From: Octopus sinensis
Taxonomy: Eukaryota
DNA length: 64,000 nucleotides
NCBI RefSeq assembly: GCF_006345805.1
Contig: NC_043022.1
Coordinates: forward strand, 3,100,001-3,164,000
Reading direction: 5' to 3'
Within the stretch, counting starts at the first letter, position 1; each line of letters opens with the position of its first letter. Below, piece by piece: positions 25,312 through 38,410 of this stretch. The position numbers were made by a program, and so were the translations under genes. The notes beneath the pieces are model-generated. The model was not told where the DNA came from, ran no database searches, and saw only the letters and a list, made by a program, of their open reading frames with translations.

Positions 25312-25720
25312 GAAGCGGTGAGCTAGTACAATTGTTTGAGCGTCGAACAAAATGCTCAGCAGCGCTTTTTCGGTTCTTTACGTTCTGAGTTCAAATCCCG
25401 CGGTCGACATCGCCTTTCATTCATTCGGGGGTCAATGAAATAAACACCAGTTGAGCACTGGGGGGTCGATGTAATCGAATTAACCCCTTCGCTCCAAATT
25501 GCCAACCTTTTGGAAAAATTTGAAAACCGTTGACAAGCTACGTTCTGAGTTCAAATCCCGCGGTCAACATCGCCTCTCATTCATTCGGGGTCAATGAAAT
25601 AAACACCAGTTGAGCACTGGGGGGTCGATGTAATCGAATTAACCCCTTCGCTCCAAATTGCCAACCTTTTGGAAAAATTTGAAAACCGTTAACAAGCTAC
25701 GTTCTGAGTTCAAACCGTCG
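25312..25720 (+). repeat. Old SINE B-like element with a ~160-bp internal tandem duplication
   Basis: CGTTCTGAGTTCAAA at 25381, 25541 and 25700. Confidence 0.8.
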
Positions 25721-26288
25721 CTCAAGTCCGCTCCGCCGTTTGTTAAAAGTACAGGACGGGGGGAGGTCGTTGCTAAAACCAAGTCTAATTACTGGAGATT
25801 ATTTAATTCATTTGAACATCCTAAATGGGATTCGAAATGCGAGAAGACCAGAGACTTGCCTTCCCTCTCTCGCTCTTTCGTTCTCTCTCTCTCTTAATCC
25901 GCATTACTTTCTTCTTTTCCCCATCTCTTTCTCTATGTATTTTCTCTGTCATTCTTTCTTATCTCTCTCTCTCTCTCTCTTTCCTTCCACGTTTACCTGT
26001 GAGCACGTGTAGACCGAAACACCGAACAGATTTGCACAAGCTGCTAATTGCACATAATCACCAGCATCATTAAACACACACACACACACACACACACATT
26101 TTCTCTCTCGCACTCACGCACACAGACGCACCCCCTCCTCTTCTGACAGAATACCGTTACAAAATCAAATTAAATTATGCAAAAAGATCAACCTTTTAAA
26201 AAGGGAAGGAGAGGCGAGCATAACAGGTAATAATAATAATAATAATAACAGCAACAACAACAACAACCTACAAGTAAAGAGTTATACA

Positions 26289-26360
<72 letters not shown>

Positions 26361-27226
26361 CACACACACACGCTCTCGGCATACAATTTGGACATAATAA
26401 TTACTATCACCGACCAACAAGCAAGTGATAGACAGGTAGAGAGAAGGAGAGAGAGAGAGAGAAAGAAAGAGAGAATGAGAGAGAAATAAAACAATGCTAA
26501 CTTTCTCTTTTTCTCTCTCTCTCTTGTTCATGTCATCGAGTTGAGCGATGGAGAAGAGAGAGAGACACACACACACACATTGCCTCTGGCCAACACAGTT
26601 TGAAGACAACCCGCCTTAATGAATTTATAACTATTTTAGCCATAAACTCACACACACACTTGTACCTAAATCTACTTTCATACTCACATCACAAGCAACA
26701 ATGACCTCTCTCTCTCTCATCTCTTCCTCTGTCATCACACATTTATATACACACACACCGAAGTGTTGTGTCATGGAAAGGCAAACTTTCCCAAGTCTTC
26801 TTCCTTATTTAATTATTAGCAACATTATTCATGTTTAAAGACGATTCGTTTTCATATTTCGGACGTTTTTTTAAAAATATTTATTCCTGTAGCTTCAAAT
26901 TATATTTCACATTTACATTTACTTAGCTGCTTCTTATATTTTCCATTAAACAAAAAAGCCAAAACGTTTACCTGTGTAATTTAAGTTCTGTTTGGGCCGC
27001 TTTCTTTGCCCCCTCTTTCAATATTCCCCCTTATTTTATTACATTTACTCAACAGCTTATCATATTTACTATTTAATCATTATTTAAAATATTTGTTTTA
27101 CTTTCTATTTGAGACGTTTACCTTCCTTCTAGTTCACCACATTTACTCAACTGCTTCTTTTATATTTTATTTAGCTATCTCTTAGTTTTCTTTAAAAATC
27201 AATTTGTATTAATTTCTGTTTGGGAC

Positions 27227-27261
<35 letters not shown>

Positions 27262-27439
27262 TTTTCTTCACTTTTTTTTTATTCAATGGTTCATTTCATG
27301 ACATTCGTATAGCTGCCTGTTTAACTTTCTTCTCTATGTTTCAATCTTGTTGTGCAACCTTTTCACAACTGCATTAGGAAGGAAAAAAAAACACACCTTT
27401 ACACACAGACACACGCACACAGTCAGGTGTGTGTGTGTC

Positions 27440-27515
27440 TGTGTGTGCCCGTCGTCGTCTCTCTCACCTGTAAAGAGCTGGATCCGTCACTTGTAAAGTG
27501 GTTACTCAGGTAGAG
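27440..27515 (+). other. Candidate non-coding 5' UTR exon of the BICDR gene
   Basis: Unique CpG-containing sequence ending in GAG|GTAAGA (donor at 27516), inside a SINE-free island upstream of the coding exon. No transcript evidence. Confidence 0.25.
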
Positions 27516-28287
27516 GTAAGAGACTATCACTGCTCGTCGAGTATATCTCTGTGTATACATTGTGTGTGTGCATATATACCTATATATCTATACCTGCACA
27601 CACACACACACATGTATAACTATATATGTGGGCGTATTACATAAATGTGTGTGAAGTGTATATTGTTTGTGTGTGTATACATACAGGTACATAATAATTT
27701 AGTCAACCTGGAGACCTGATAACGCGTCAAATGGCTGTTAGCGGAAAAAACAGATCCCCGTTGAGTAAAAGTGAATTAGGTGTGACCTGGAGGAAGCGAA
27801 AGACGGTAAATAAATAAATATAGATTAATAAGAAATAAAATAATGAATAAGTGCAAACAACAAGTTAAAATTAAAGCCAAAAAGAAGAAAAAAGTCGAGA
27901 AACTTGATTTTGTTGTAGTTTGATTTCATTTCATCCAGGACAGTTGTTTGCCTTCGAGGACAAATTATATACAGGTAGATACATCCTTACACACACAAGT
28001 AGATACAGCTTTACACACAAGGTAGATACATCCTTACACACACACACACACGTTTGAAAGGACAGAGGACGAAAAGGGATTTATTTAATTACAAGAGAGG
28101 AAATATCGCAGGAATTAGGGACCAAGGAACGGATTTGAAAAGTTTCCTGTGTTCTTGTTGCGGTAACTTTGGTTTGCAAAATCGAAAAGAAAGACGGATT
28201 TTTTAATTTTTCTGTGTTTTCCCGCGAGTTGGTGTCCGTCCGAACTGTTGGACACATCCATTTATTCTCGTTGTTGTTGTTAATGTC

Positions 28288-28566
28288 ATGTGTTCGTGTT
28301 CTTTGCAACGTAACAACAGCAGCCGCAGATCGAAGTATGCTACCAGGAAGGATGTTTCGCTAGAATTGGAGGATTACTACCATTTAATCGACATGGAATT
28401 TCAAAATGCTAAGGAGTTGCCCGAGGACGATGTCTTCGCGCAGCTCGCCCAAAAGGACCGGGATCTAATCCTGGCTGCAGAACTTGGTAAGGCCCTCTTG
28501 GAAAAAAATGATGAACTTCTGCGAAAAAACGAAACGTTAGTGGAGGAATATACGCTAAAAATTGAT
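28288..28566 (+). CDS. BICDL1: First (or early) coding exon of a Bicaudal D-related protein (BICDR/BICDL family dynein cargo adaptor)
   Basis: Translation ...[68 protein letters not shown] matches the BICDR N-terminal coiled coil with CC1 box ([20 protein letters not shown]). Phase-0 donor GAT|GTAAGT at 28567. In-frame stop at 28204-28206; ATGs at 28288 and 28393 (start uncertain). The rest of ORF 28288..29079 is intronic microsatellite read-through. Symbol is family-level; paralog not determined. Confidence 0.88.
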
Positions 28567-28669
28567 GTAAGTAAATGGAATTATTGCTTTAATTACTTAT
28601 CTGTTACTATTAATAACATTAGTTTTATTAATTTTTCTGGTAATTTCTTTGTCTTGACAGTGGGATGTC

Positions 28670-29140
<471 letters not shown>

Positions 29141-29273
29141 TATGTATTTGTTACTCTGTAAACTTTGTACTCGGTTTCTGTTGTGTGTTGAGATGTTACG
29201 ATGAACTCGGCCTGTATTTATACAAAAGTATACAAACATACGTGTGTGTGTGGGGGGGTGTATTATATGTGTG

Positions 29274-29358
<85 letters not shown>

Positions 29359-29869
29359 TGCATATTGTGTGTATACATACACACCTCTTTCCACACACAC
29401 ACACACGCATATACATGTGCGTATATGTATATGTCTATATATATTTATATATACCTATATACCTGGGTATATGGGTGTGTATCGTCCATTTGAGTCTGAC
29501 GAATCGCCTCAACTGCCAAGCGCTTCTTGGGTGCGAAGTCAATGGTCACTCTACGACCGGCCAAAACATTTAACTTCCTAATATATATATATATATATCT
29601 GTAAATTGATATGTGACAATTATTCAATAGCCAAGATAAAACTCTGAGTTTCGGATGCCGAAGTGGAAATCCACAACTCCATCTCTTCGGGGATGTTTTG
29701 CGATCTTGTCCCATTTTGTATTTTATTTTATATATATATAAATATATACATACATACACTCTGAATTCAGTGTCCAGAGAAAATAGTGCAAAGTCACTCA
29801 CAATAAATAAAATTCTGTATTGAAACTGAAAATGTCAACGTTTATTTATTAAAACGTGCGCACTTACGA

Positions 29870-29905
<36 letters not shown>

Positions 29906-30396
29906 ATATATTATATATATATATATGTAAAAGTAAAAAAATATATACAAACTGGGACAAGAACGTGAAACACCTAGAAGACGACACAAGAACACAGGAC
30001 GGGACATTCGAAGCCCTCAATCATCAGTCAAGAACCGGATCATCTTCGCAATTTCGGCTGATTAATCTTGAATATATATATATATATACAATTAAAGACC
30101 TGGTACCGATTTTAGGAGGGCTACAGTTTAAAGTAATGTGGTTAATGATAGCTGATAGTGATGTAATGTTGATTGGGAGAGAGAAAAGGAAAAAAGAAAA
30201 GAAAAACGAAAATTGCGTGTGTGAAAATGGAAGTTGGAGCAAGTTAGTAGAAAGTTCGGGAAGTGAAAGTACATGTATACATATACACACCCATTCAGAC
30301 ACATGCTTATACATACATGCATACAGACACTCACACACACATACGTACACATACTTACAAACTGTTATACATAGACCTATTTGACTCGTATATATA

Positions 30397-30635
30397 CTCT
30401 TTACTCTTTTACTTGTTTCAGTCATTTGACTGCGGCCATGCTGGAGCACCGCCTTTAGTCGAGCAAATCGACCCCGGGACTTATTCTTTGTAAGCCCAGT
30501 ACTTATTCTATCGGTCTGTTTTTGCCGAACCGCTAAGTGACGGGGACATAAACACACCAGCATCGGTTGTCAAGCAATGCTAGGGGGACAAACACAGACA
30601 CACAAACACATACACACACACTTTATATATATATA

Positions 30636-30668
<33 letters not shown>

Positions 30669-30820
30669 CGACGGGCTTCTTACAGTTTCCGTCTATCAAA
30701 TCCACTCACAAGGCATTGGTCGGTCCGGGGCTATAGCATAAGACACTTGCCCAAATGTCACGCAGTGGGACTGAACCCAGAACCATGTGGTTGGTTAGCA
30801 AGCTACTTACCACACAGCCA
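30397..30820 (-). mobile_element. SINE family A
   Basis: Near full-length match. Further intronic A copies: 32945-33365(-), 36240-36632(+), 38180-38572(-), 38897-39173(-), 49165-49601(-), 53910-54305(+), 56495-56900(+), 61670-62272(-, interrupted), 63562-63945(-). Confidence 0.9.
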
Positions 30821-31172
30821 CATACATACAGACTTCACACACACGCACATAAAGTCTAATACTGTGTGTGTGTGTGTGTGTATACCTAAGCTACAATATA
30901 TATACAAGCTGTGTGTGTGCGCGCACGCGCTTGTTGTATTCCACCGAGGTGCCTTTACTGGTCGCCCGACTTCTCAGAAATAGCAGCCACATCCATTCTA
31001 ATTACTATTTGTGTTATAAAAGGAAGCACAAACTCTTTTAAACTGATCAGAAGTTTAAATGGCTTTGATGATAGGACTGACCTGGTTAGGGCTGACCTGG
31101 GGTTAAATGATAGCAGCAACAACCGTTAAATATATATATACATGCATAGATATACACTCGTACACACACAGA

Positions 31173-31487
31173 GGAGACCCCCTTCGGTCACGGATGACCA
31201 TGGGATTGCACCTTGAAAGTTACCCTCGAGGTACAAGTCCAGCAGTCGACCATGCATACCAGCCTTCTCATCTCCGCCCCACCAATGTTACCCAAGGGAA
31301 AGGCAAAGGGACTGATACAGCTTGGCACCTGTGATGTCACAACTCATTTCTACAGCTGAGTGAACTGGAGCAACGTGAAATAAAGTGTCTTGCTCAAGAA
31401 CACAACACGCAGCCCGGTCCAGGATTCGAACTCACAACCTCACGATCGTAAGCTCGACGCTCTAACCACTGAGCCACGCGCCTTCAC
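31173..31487 (-). mobile_element. tRNA-derived SINE family E
   Basis: Minus-strand head GTGAAGGCGCGTGGCTCAGTGG...GAGTTCGAATCC followed by TTGAGCAAGACACTTT (CORE-like by recollection). Confidence 0.75.
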
Positions 31488-31995
31488 ACACACACACACA
31501 CATATTTATACACAATCAGTGGAAGTCACTTTTTATGATCACTTTGGAAATGACAGCATTAAGTTAAGCAGGGGGGGGGGTATATCAATATTCTGGGCGT
31601 GTTTTGGGACCTGCTAATTGTGATAACAATAACCGTTTGATAAAAAATTTCCGTGGTTATAAACAAGCAGTTTCCGTTGTTTTGTGTGTCTGTGACTATA
31701 AACATATATAAGCATGTGTGTGTGAGTGTATATGTATATACATACGCACCTGTCTCCCCACTCTTTCTGTATGAACATTACACGCATAGAGCGTGAGGGA
31801 GACGGAGAAAAAACGTTATATAATGGTTAAGATACATTGATATAAAATTTGATAAACTGGAGGGTGTAATCACACCTCCACGTTTTATCTATGATTAGGA
31901 ATATAAACATGTTTCTTATGCGTTGTGAGATAAGTTTTTGTGTCATATTTACTTTCACACACGAGCATGCCTGTATGTGTGTGTATGTATGTATG

Positions 31996-32035
<40 letters not shown>

Positions 32036-32053
32036 CTCTCTCCTATATATATA

Positions 32054-32096
<43 letters not shown>

Positions 32097-32282
32097 AATA
32101 ATAAGGGTGAAATTAATTAATTTAGAAATAATCATTAATTTCACCAAGTAGAGTTCGGCATGTAAAAGACCCATTCAAGGAAGGTTTAAGTATACTAAGT
32201 AATAGAAAGAATAGCCAAAACTTTTTGACTGCTATTTCTAAATTCGGCGTGTGGTGAGGCAAATCGTTGCTAAACCCTTAAT

Positions 32283-32331
<49 letters not shown>

Positions 32332-32411
32332 GGAGTAAACACATAAATGTGAAACAAGGTGGAAAAAAGAGTACTCAAATACCAGTGGTAGAGTAATATG
32401 CTTTAAATAAA

Positions 32412-32442
<31 letters not shown>

Positions 32443-34025
32443 AGCGTGCGGCGCATTCAGACACACAACTGAGTAGTTTTCGTTCCTCTGCTGTTTCAAT
32501 TTATTGATCAGCTTGAGCCTTTGGTAGGGACCACTTCAGCATGGTCCCATACACCACTCAATAATGAATCTGCGTGTGTGGTGTGTGTATGCGTTATAGA
32601 TAAATCGATTGACAGATGTATGGATGTAGATCTAGATAGATACGAGCGGTATATTTAGTAAATATCTCGGGGTTCTACCTTTGTTTTCAGAGACAATCGA
32701 TCTTACAAACCAATGAACCAATTTCACTAGAGTTTGTGTTGATGGATTGAAGGTTTTAAAGTCACGCAATAATCAATATGGGTTTTCGGCACTTTTACCA
32801 GGTCGTGTCTCCAGTTTCAAATACGTTCGTGTGTGTGTAATAAGCAATAAAGTATACATGTTGAGTTTTTATTGATTTTCATGGCAGGCACAGTTGTCCA
32901 GGCTAACTGTAGCTATACACGCAACTGTATGTGCGCGTGTCTTTAATCTTTTACTTTTTTTCCGTCATTAGACTGCGGCCATGCTGGAGCACCGCCTTTG
33001 GGAATTTTTAGTCGAATGGATCGACCCCCAGGTCTTAGTTGTTTTTCTTTTCTTCGTTTTTCTTTTTCTTTTTTTTTTTTGAAGCCTGGCATTTATTCTG
33101 TCAGTCTCTTTTGTTGATCCACAAAGTCACGGGGACGTAAACAAACCAGCACCGGTTGTCAAGCGGTAGTGGGGGACAAACGTATACACGAAGGCACGCG
33201 CACACATGCTCACAATGCAATGCACACGACGGGCTTCTTTCAGTTTCCTTCTGCCAAATCTACTCACGAAGTTATTGTACAGTACACTTGCACAAGGTGC
33301 CACACGGTGGGACTGAACCCGGAACCATGTGGTTGGGAAGCAAACTTCTTACCACACAGCCACGTCTGCATCTCTGTCTGTCTGTCTATCTGTGTGTGTG
33401 TGTGTGTGTGTGTCTCTCTCTCTCTGACTTCACACACGCACATAAAGTCTAATACTCTGTGAGTGTGTGTGTGTGTGTGCATACCTGAGCTACAATATAT
33501 ACAAACTCGGGCCGACCAGAGCATGTGAGCGGATTTGGTAGACGGAAACTGAAAGAAGCCCATCGTGTGTGAGTGTATATATACATATATATGTGTGTGT
33601 GTGTGTGTTGACCCTCACCATCGCTTGACAACCGATAGAATAAGTTACAAAGAATAAGTCCTGGGGTCGACTTGTTCGACTAAAGGCGGTGCTCCAGCAT
33701 GGCCGCAGTCAAACAGAAAGATGGAAAATAAGATTCATTTTTGTATTCTTCCCTTTTATTTATGTTTGAACAGTTTTCTCCTATTTTCTTTTGAATTGCA
33801 AAGTCTTTGATCAGATCCTCATTAGGACGCCATGACATGTTTCTGATCATGTTTCTGATCATGTTTCTGATCATATAAACCTCTTCGAATATTTAAAGTA
33901 ATTTCTTTTGTACCGTAAACCATTTACCATTTCTGTGATGTTCCCCTTCCCCTGATGTCTCAAACCTGTGCTTATTTTGCTTAACGGTTAGTCCAGCGCT
34001 GCCCACAACCACCACGAGGTACACT

Positions 34026-34262
34026 ACCTATTTTTTTTTACTACCCACAAGGGGCTAAACACAGAGGGGACAAACAAGGACAGACAAACGGATTAAGTCG
34101 ATTACATCGACCCCAGTGCGTAACTGGTACTTAATTTATCGACCCCGAAAGGATGAAAGGCAAAGTCGACCTCGGCGGAATTTGTACTCAGAACGTAACG
34201 GCAGACGAAATACCGCTAAGCATTTCGCCCGGCGTGCTGACGTTTCTGCAGCTCGCACTACC
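34026..34262 (-). mobile_element. SINE family B
   Basis: Full length; GGTAGTG at both ends on the minus strand. Confidence 0.85.
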
Positions 34263-34789
34263 GCCAGTGGATGAGTTAATGAATTTTAAATGAAATTAGA
34301 TGTTAAATGTTTAACTTCACAACCTCTTGATCCTCAGGTACATTCAGTGGGTTCGGAAGGGGCTTACATTAAGAATCTGGTAAAGATCTCTCCTCTTCAC
34401 CAGGAATCGAACTCGTAACTTTACGATCGTGAATCGAATACTTAAACCGCTTCGCCACGCACCTTCACGTAACCAACAAACACAGTAATATCTGTGGGTT
34501 TAGTCGTAAATTTCTCGCGGGCAGCTGCACAGTCTATATCATGAAATACGTAAGACAGCTTAGATGGTGTCACGTGACAGTTAGCTGATGCCGGCTGCTG
34601 GAGCCTACCGGCGACTATTTAAAGGGAAATTTGGCAGGATGGTCATTCGATCGCTGACATTCGTTAATGCTGCATCGAAGAAACCAAAGAACAAAAGGCC
34701 GAATAAAAAAGAAGAAACAAAAATAAAAACGCACTCAACACCAGAGCTGAAGACACCCCCGAAAGTGGTGGTGGGTGGTGGTGGTGGTG

Positions 34790-35212
34790 GAGGCGCCACC
34801 TCGAAAACGTAGGGGCCGAAACCGGACGTGGTTCCTCCTGATGATGTCTTTAAGCCACTGGATCCTAGGTGGTGGTGGGGGGCGCCACCTCGAAAACGTA
34901 GGGGCCGAAACCGGACGTGGTTCCTCCTGATGATGTCTTTAAGCCACTGGATCCTAGGTGGTGGTGGGGGGCGCCACCTCGAAACGTAGGGGCCGAACCG
35001 ACGTGGTTCCTCCTCTGATGATGTCTTTAAGCCACTGGATCCTAGGTGGTGGTGGGGGGCGCCACCTCGAAAACGTAGGGGCCGAAGCCGACGTGGTCCT
35101 CTGATGATGTCTTTAAGCCACTGGGTCCTAGTGGTGGTGGTTTGCGCCACCTCGAAAACGTAGGGGCCGAACCGGACGTGGTTCCCCTGATGATTTCTTT
35201 ACTCCTGGATCT
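34790..35212. repeat. G-rich tandem repeat, ~89-bp unit, ~4.6 copies
   Basis: GCCACC anchors at 34795, 34884, 34973, 35061, 35146. Confidence 0.95.
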
Positions 35213-35496
35213 ATAAAGGAGCTGTTGAGGTACGCGAACCACGAAACGTGGCATGAATTCCTTCCAACGGTCTGTAGATATTTATGCCAACAGCACCAAC
35301 AACAGGTGACTAAGCACCATTTTGGAGACAGAGATACTGTTTGTTCTTTTGTCAGCTTTTATTCTGGTTACGTGGTTATTTCCTTTCCTTCAGCTCTCAA
35401 TTTCGTTACACGACTATTGTTTTATACCGAAGGTCAAAGACTTTTTAATTACGATTTCATTGAGCAAATTTTCCATCACACACTGACACACACACA

Positions 35497-35528
<32 letters not shown>

Positions 35529-35718
35529 TTCTCTCTTTCTCTCTCTCCTCTTTCTCTCTCCTCTCACTCTTTTCACTCTCTCTCTCACTCCTTTTTCTCC
35601 TCTCTTTCTCTCTCTCTCTCTCTCACACACATACACACACTCTCTCTCATTCTTTCTCTCTCTTTCTCTCTCTCTCATTCTTTCTCTCTCTCTTTTTCTT
35701 TCTCTCTCTTTCTTTCTT

Positions 35719-35750
<32 letters not shown>

Positions 35751-35761
35751 GTACAAATTTC

Positions 35762-36625
35762 CAGGGTGTCCATGAATTATATTTACAATTTGAAAAAAAA
35801 AATTCAGAAAAAAAAAAAAAGGGTAACTGGACCCAAAAGGATAATTCAAACCAAACCAGGATAACTCAGGCCCACGAGGAATTGTTCTGATGTTTCTAAT
35901 AAAACTTTGTTTACCCATATTTCATTTTTGGATTTGGTTTGCAAGATTCTTTATGCGAGTTTGTGTGTTGAAGCATATTTTGTTGTGTCTGGAGAGAGAG
36001 TCATTCTCTTTTTGTGCTTTATAATTTAACACACTCACCGGTAAAATATCCACTTATTTCTTATTTTTATTTTCCTAAAATCTTCGTTGCGTCTTGCAAC
36101 CTTTTCAATAGTCTTGACTATTAACGTTATCGCCTACACCAGATACCAGCACACACAAACACCTAAGTCTATCTTGTCAACAAGCGGTTTTCTCCATCGA
36201 CTGGCGGCTGCTTCTCTGCTGTTTCCAAGAGTCAAAACTATTGAAAAGGTTTGCTAACCAACCACATGGTTCCGGGTTCAGTCCCACTGCGTGGTATCTT
36301 GGGCAAGTGTCTTCTGCTATAGCCCCGGCCCCCGACCAATGCTGTGTTGAGTGGATTTGGTAGACGGAAACTGAAAGAAGCCTGTCGTATATATTATATA
36401 GTATAATATATATATATATAAGTGTGTGTGAATATTGTTGTGTGTCTGTGTTTGTTCCCCTAGCATTGCTTGACAAACGATGCTGGTGTGTTTACGTCCC
36501 CGTCACTTAGCGGTTCGGCAAAAGAGACCGATAGATAAGTACTGGGCTTACAAAGAATAAGTCCCGGGTCGATGTGCTCGACTAAAGGCGTGTGCTCCAG
36601 CATGGCCACAGTCAAATGACTGAAA

Positions 36626-36661
<36 letters not shown>

Positions 36662-36866
36662 GATGCAACGAAAATTTTAGGAAAATAAAAATAAGAAATA
36701 AGTGGAAATTTTACCTGTGAGTGTGTTAAATTATAAAGGCACAAAAAGAAAATGACTCCCCAGACACAACAGAATTTGTTTATCCTTGTTTCCCAATGAA
36801 TTCTGTTGTCATCTTTTTTTATTTCTGAATATTCCAAATTGTAAAAGGTAATTTATGGACACCCTC
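35762..36866. mobile_element. Tc1/mariner-type MITE with a nested SINE A
   Basis: Imperfect TIRs AGGGTGTCCATGAATTATATTTACAATTTG / CAAATTGTAAAAGGTAATTTATGGACACCCT. Confidence 0.55.
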
Positions 36867-36901
36867 TGTGCGTGTGTGTGTATACGTATATACATATTTA
36901 C

Positions 36902-37848
36902 AGGTGGAGGCGCAATGGCCCAGTGGTTAGGGCAGCGGACTCGTGGTCGTAGGATCGCGGTTTCGATTCCCAGACCGGGCATTGTGAGTGTTTATTGAGC
37001 GAAAACACCTAAAAAAGCTCCACGAGGCTCCGGCAGGGGATGGTGGTGATCCCTGCTGTACTCCTTCATCACAACTTTCTCTCACTCTTACTTCCTGTTT
37101 GGTCTTTGTGTACCTGTATTTCAAAAGGGCCAGCCTTGTCACTCTCTGTGTCACGCTGAATATTCCCCGAGACTACGTTAGGGTGCACGTGTCTGTGGAG
37201 TGCTCAGCCACATACACATTAATTTCACGGTCATGGATCGCGGTTTCGATTCCCAGACCGGGCATTGTGAGTGTTTATTGAGCGAAAACACCTAAAAAAG
37301 CTCCACGAGGCTCGGCAGGGGATGGTGGTGATCCCTGCTGTACTCCTTCATCACAACTTTCTCTCACTCTTACTTCCTGTTTCTGTTGTACCTGTATTTC
37401 AAAAGGGCCAGCCTTGTCACTCTCTGTGTCACGTGAATATCCCCGAGAACTACGTAAGGGTGCACGTGTTGTGGAGTGCTCAGCCACATACACATTAATT
37501 TCACGGTCATAGGATCGCGGTTTCGATTTCGATCCCAGACCGGCGTTGTGAGTGTTTATTGAGCGAAAACACCTAAAAGCTCCACGAGGCTCCGGCAGGG
37601 GATGGTGGTGATCCCTGCTGTACTCTTTCACCACAACTTTCTCTCACTCTTACTTCCTGTTTCTGTTGTACCTGTATTTCAAGGGGCCGGCCTTGTCACT
37701 CTCTGTGTCACGCTGAATATCCCCGAGATTAAGGGTACACATGTCTGTGGAGTGCTCAGCCACTTGCACGTTAATTTCACGAGCAGGCTGTTCCGTTGAT
37801 TCGGATCAACCGGAACCCTCGTCGTCGTAACCGACGGAGTGCTTCCAT
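36902..37848 (+). repeat. Three head-to-tail SINE C units (~280-bp period)
   Basis: GGATCGCGGTTTCG at ~36952, ~37235, ~37512; only the last unit has the tail; many 1-nt indels. Confidence 0.85.
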
Positions 37849-38070
37849 ATCCATACATATTTATGTATATACATACTTATCCATTATCCAAGAGCAGGTG
37901 TGTTTGAAAAGATTTTACGAAAGCGCTCACACAGTCTAGGAAAAAAACTTGTTCTAAAAAGGTTAATGACATTCTCATAAAACATTTTTGTAACTTTTTT
38001 TTAAATAATTTTAAAAAAATTCATTTTATACTTAAAAACTGTATTAAGTAATTTTCATAAGGCCTTTCAA

Positions 38071-38105
<35 letters not shown>

Positions 38106-38379
38106 AATATAAAATTAATAATAATATATATATGTATGTAATTATATTAAGGGAGCAAGGGCTCCTTTACTATAATTTCTTTTTCCTTTTCTTTTTACTT
38201 GTTTCAGTCATTTGACTGTGGCCATGCTAGAGCTGCACTTTTTAGTCGATAGCTTTGTAAGTCTAGTACTTATTCTATCGGTCGCTTTTTGCCGAACTGC
38301 TAAGTTACGGGGACGTAAATTCACCAGCATCGGATGTCAAGGGATGTGGTGGGGGAGGGAGACAAACACACTCACACAC

Positions 38380-38410
<31 letters not shown>

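Noticed and set aside
29640-30040. Two further hammerhead-like motifs (CCGAAGA..GAAACTCAGAGT and CTGATGA..GAATGTC, minus strand)
   Set aside because: Stem I does not pair in either, and the second has a broken GAAA.
34790-35212. Hammerhead reading of the 89-bp unit (contains CTGATGA and GAAAC)
   Set aside because: A stem II (GTCTTTA/TAGGGGC) can be drawn, but stems I and III cannot be formed together with a valid UH site. An HDV-like fold also failed by hand.
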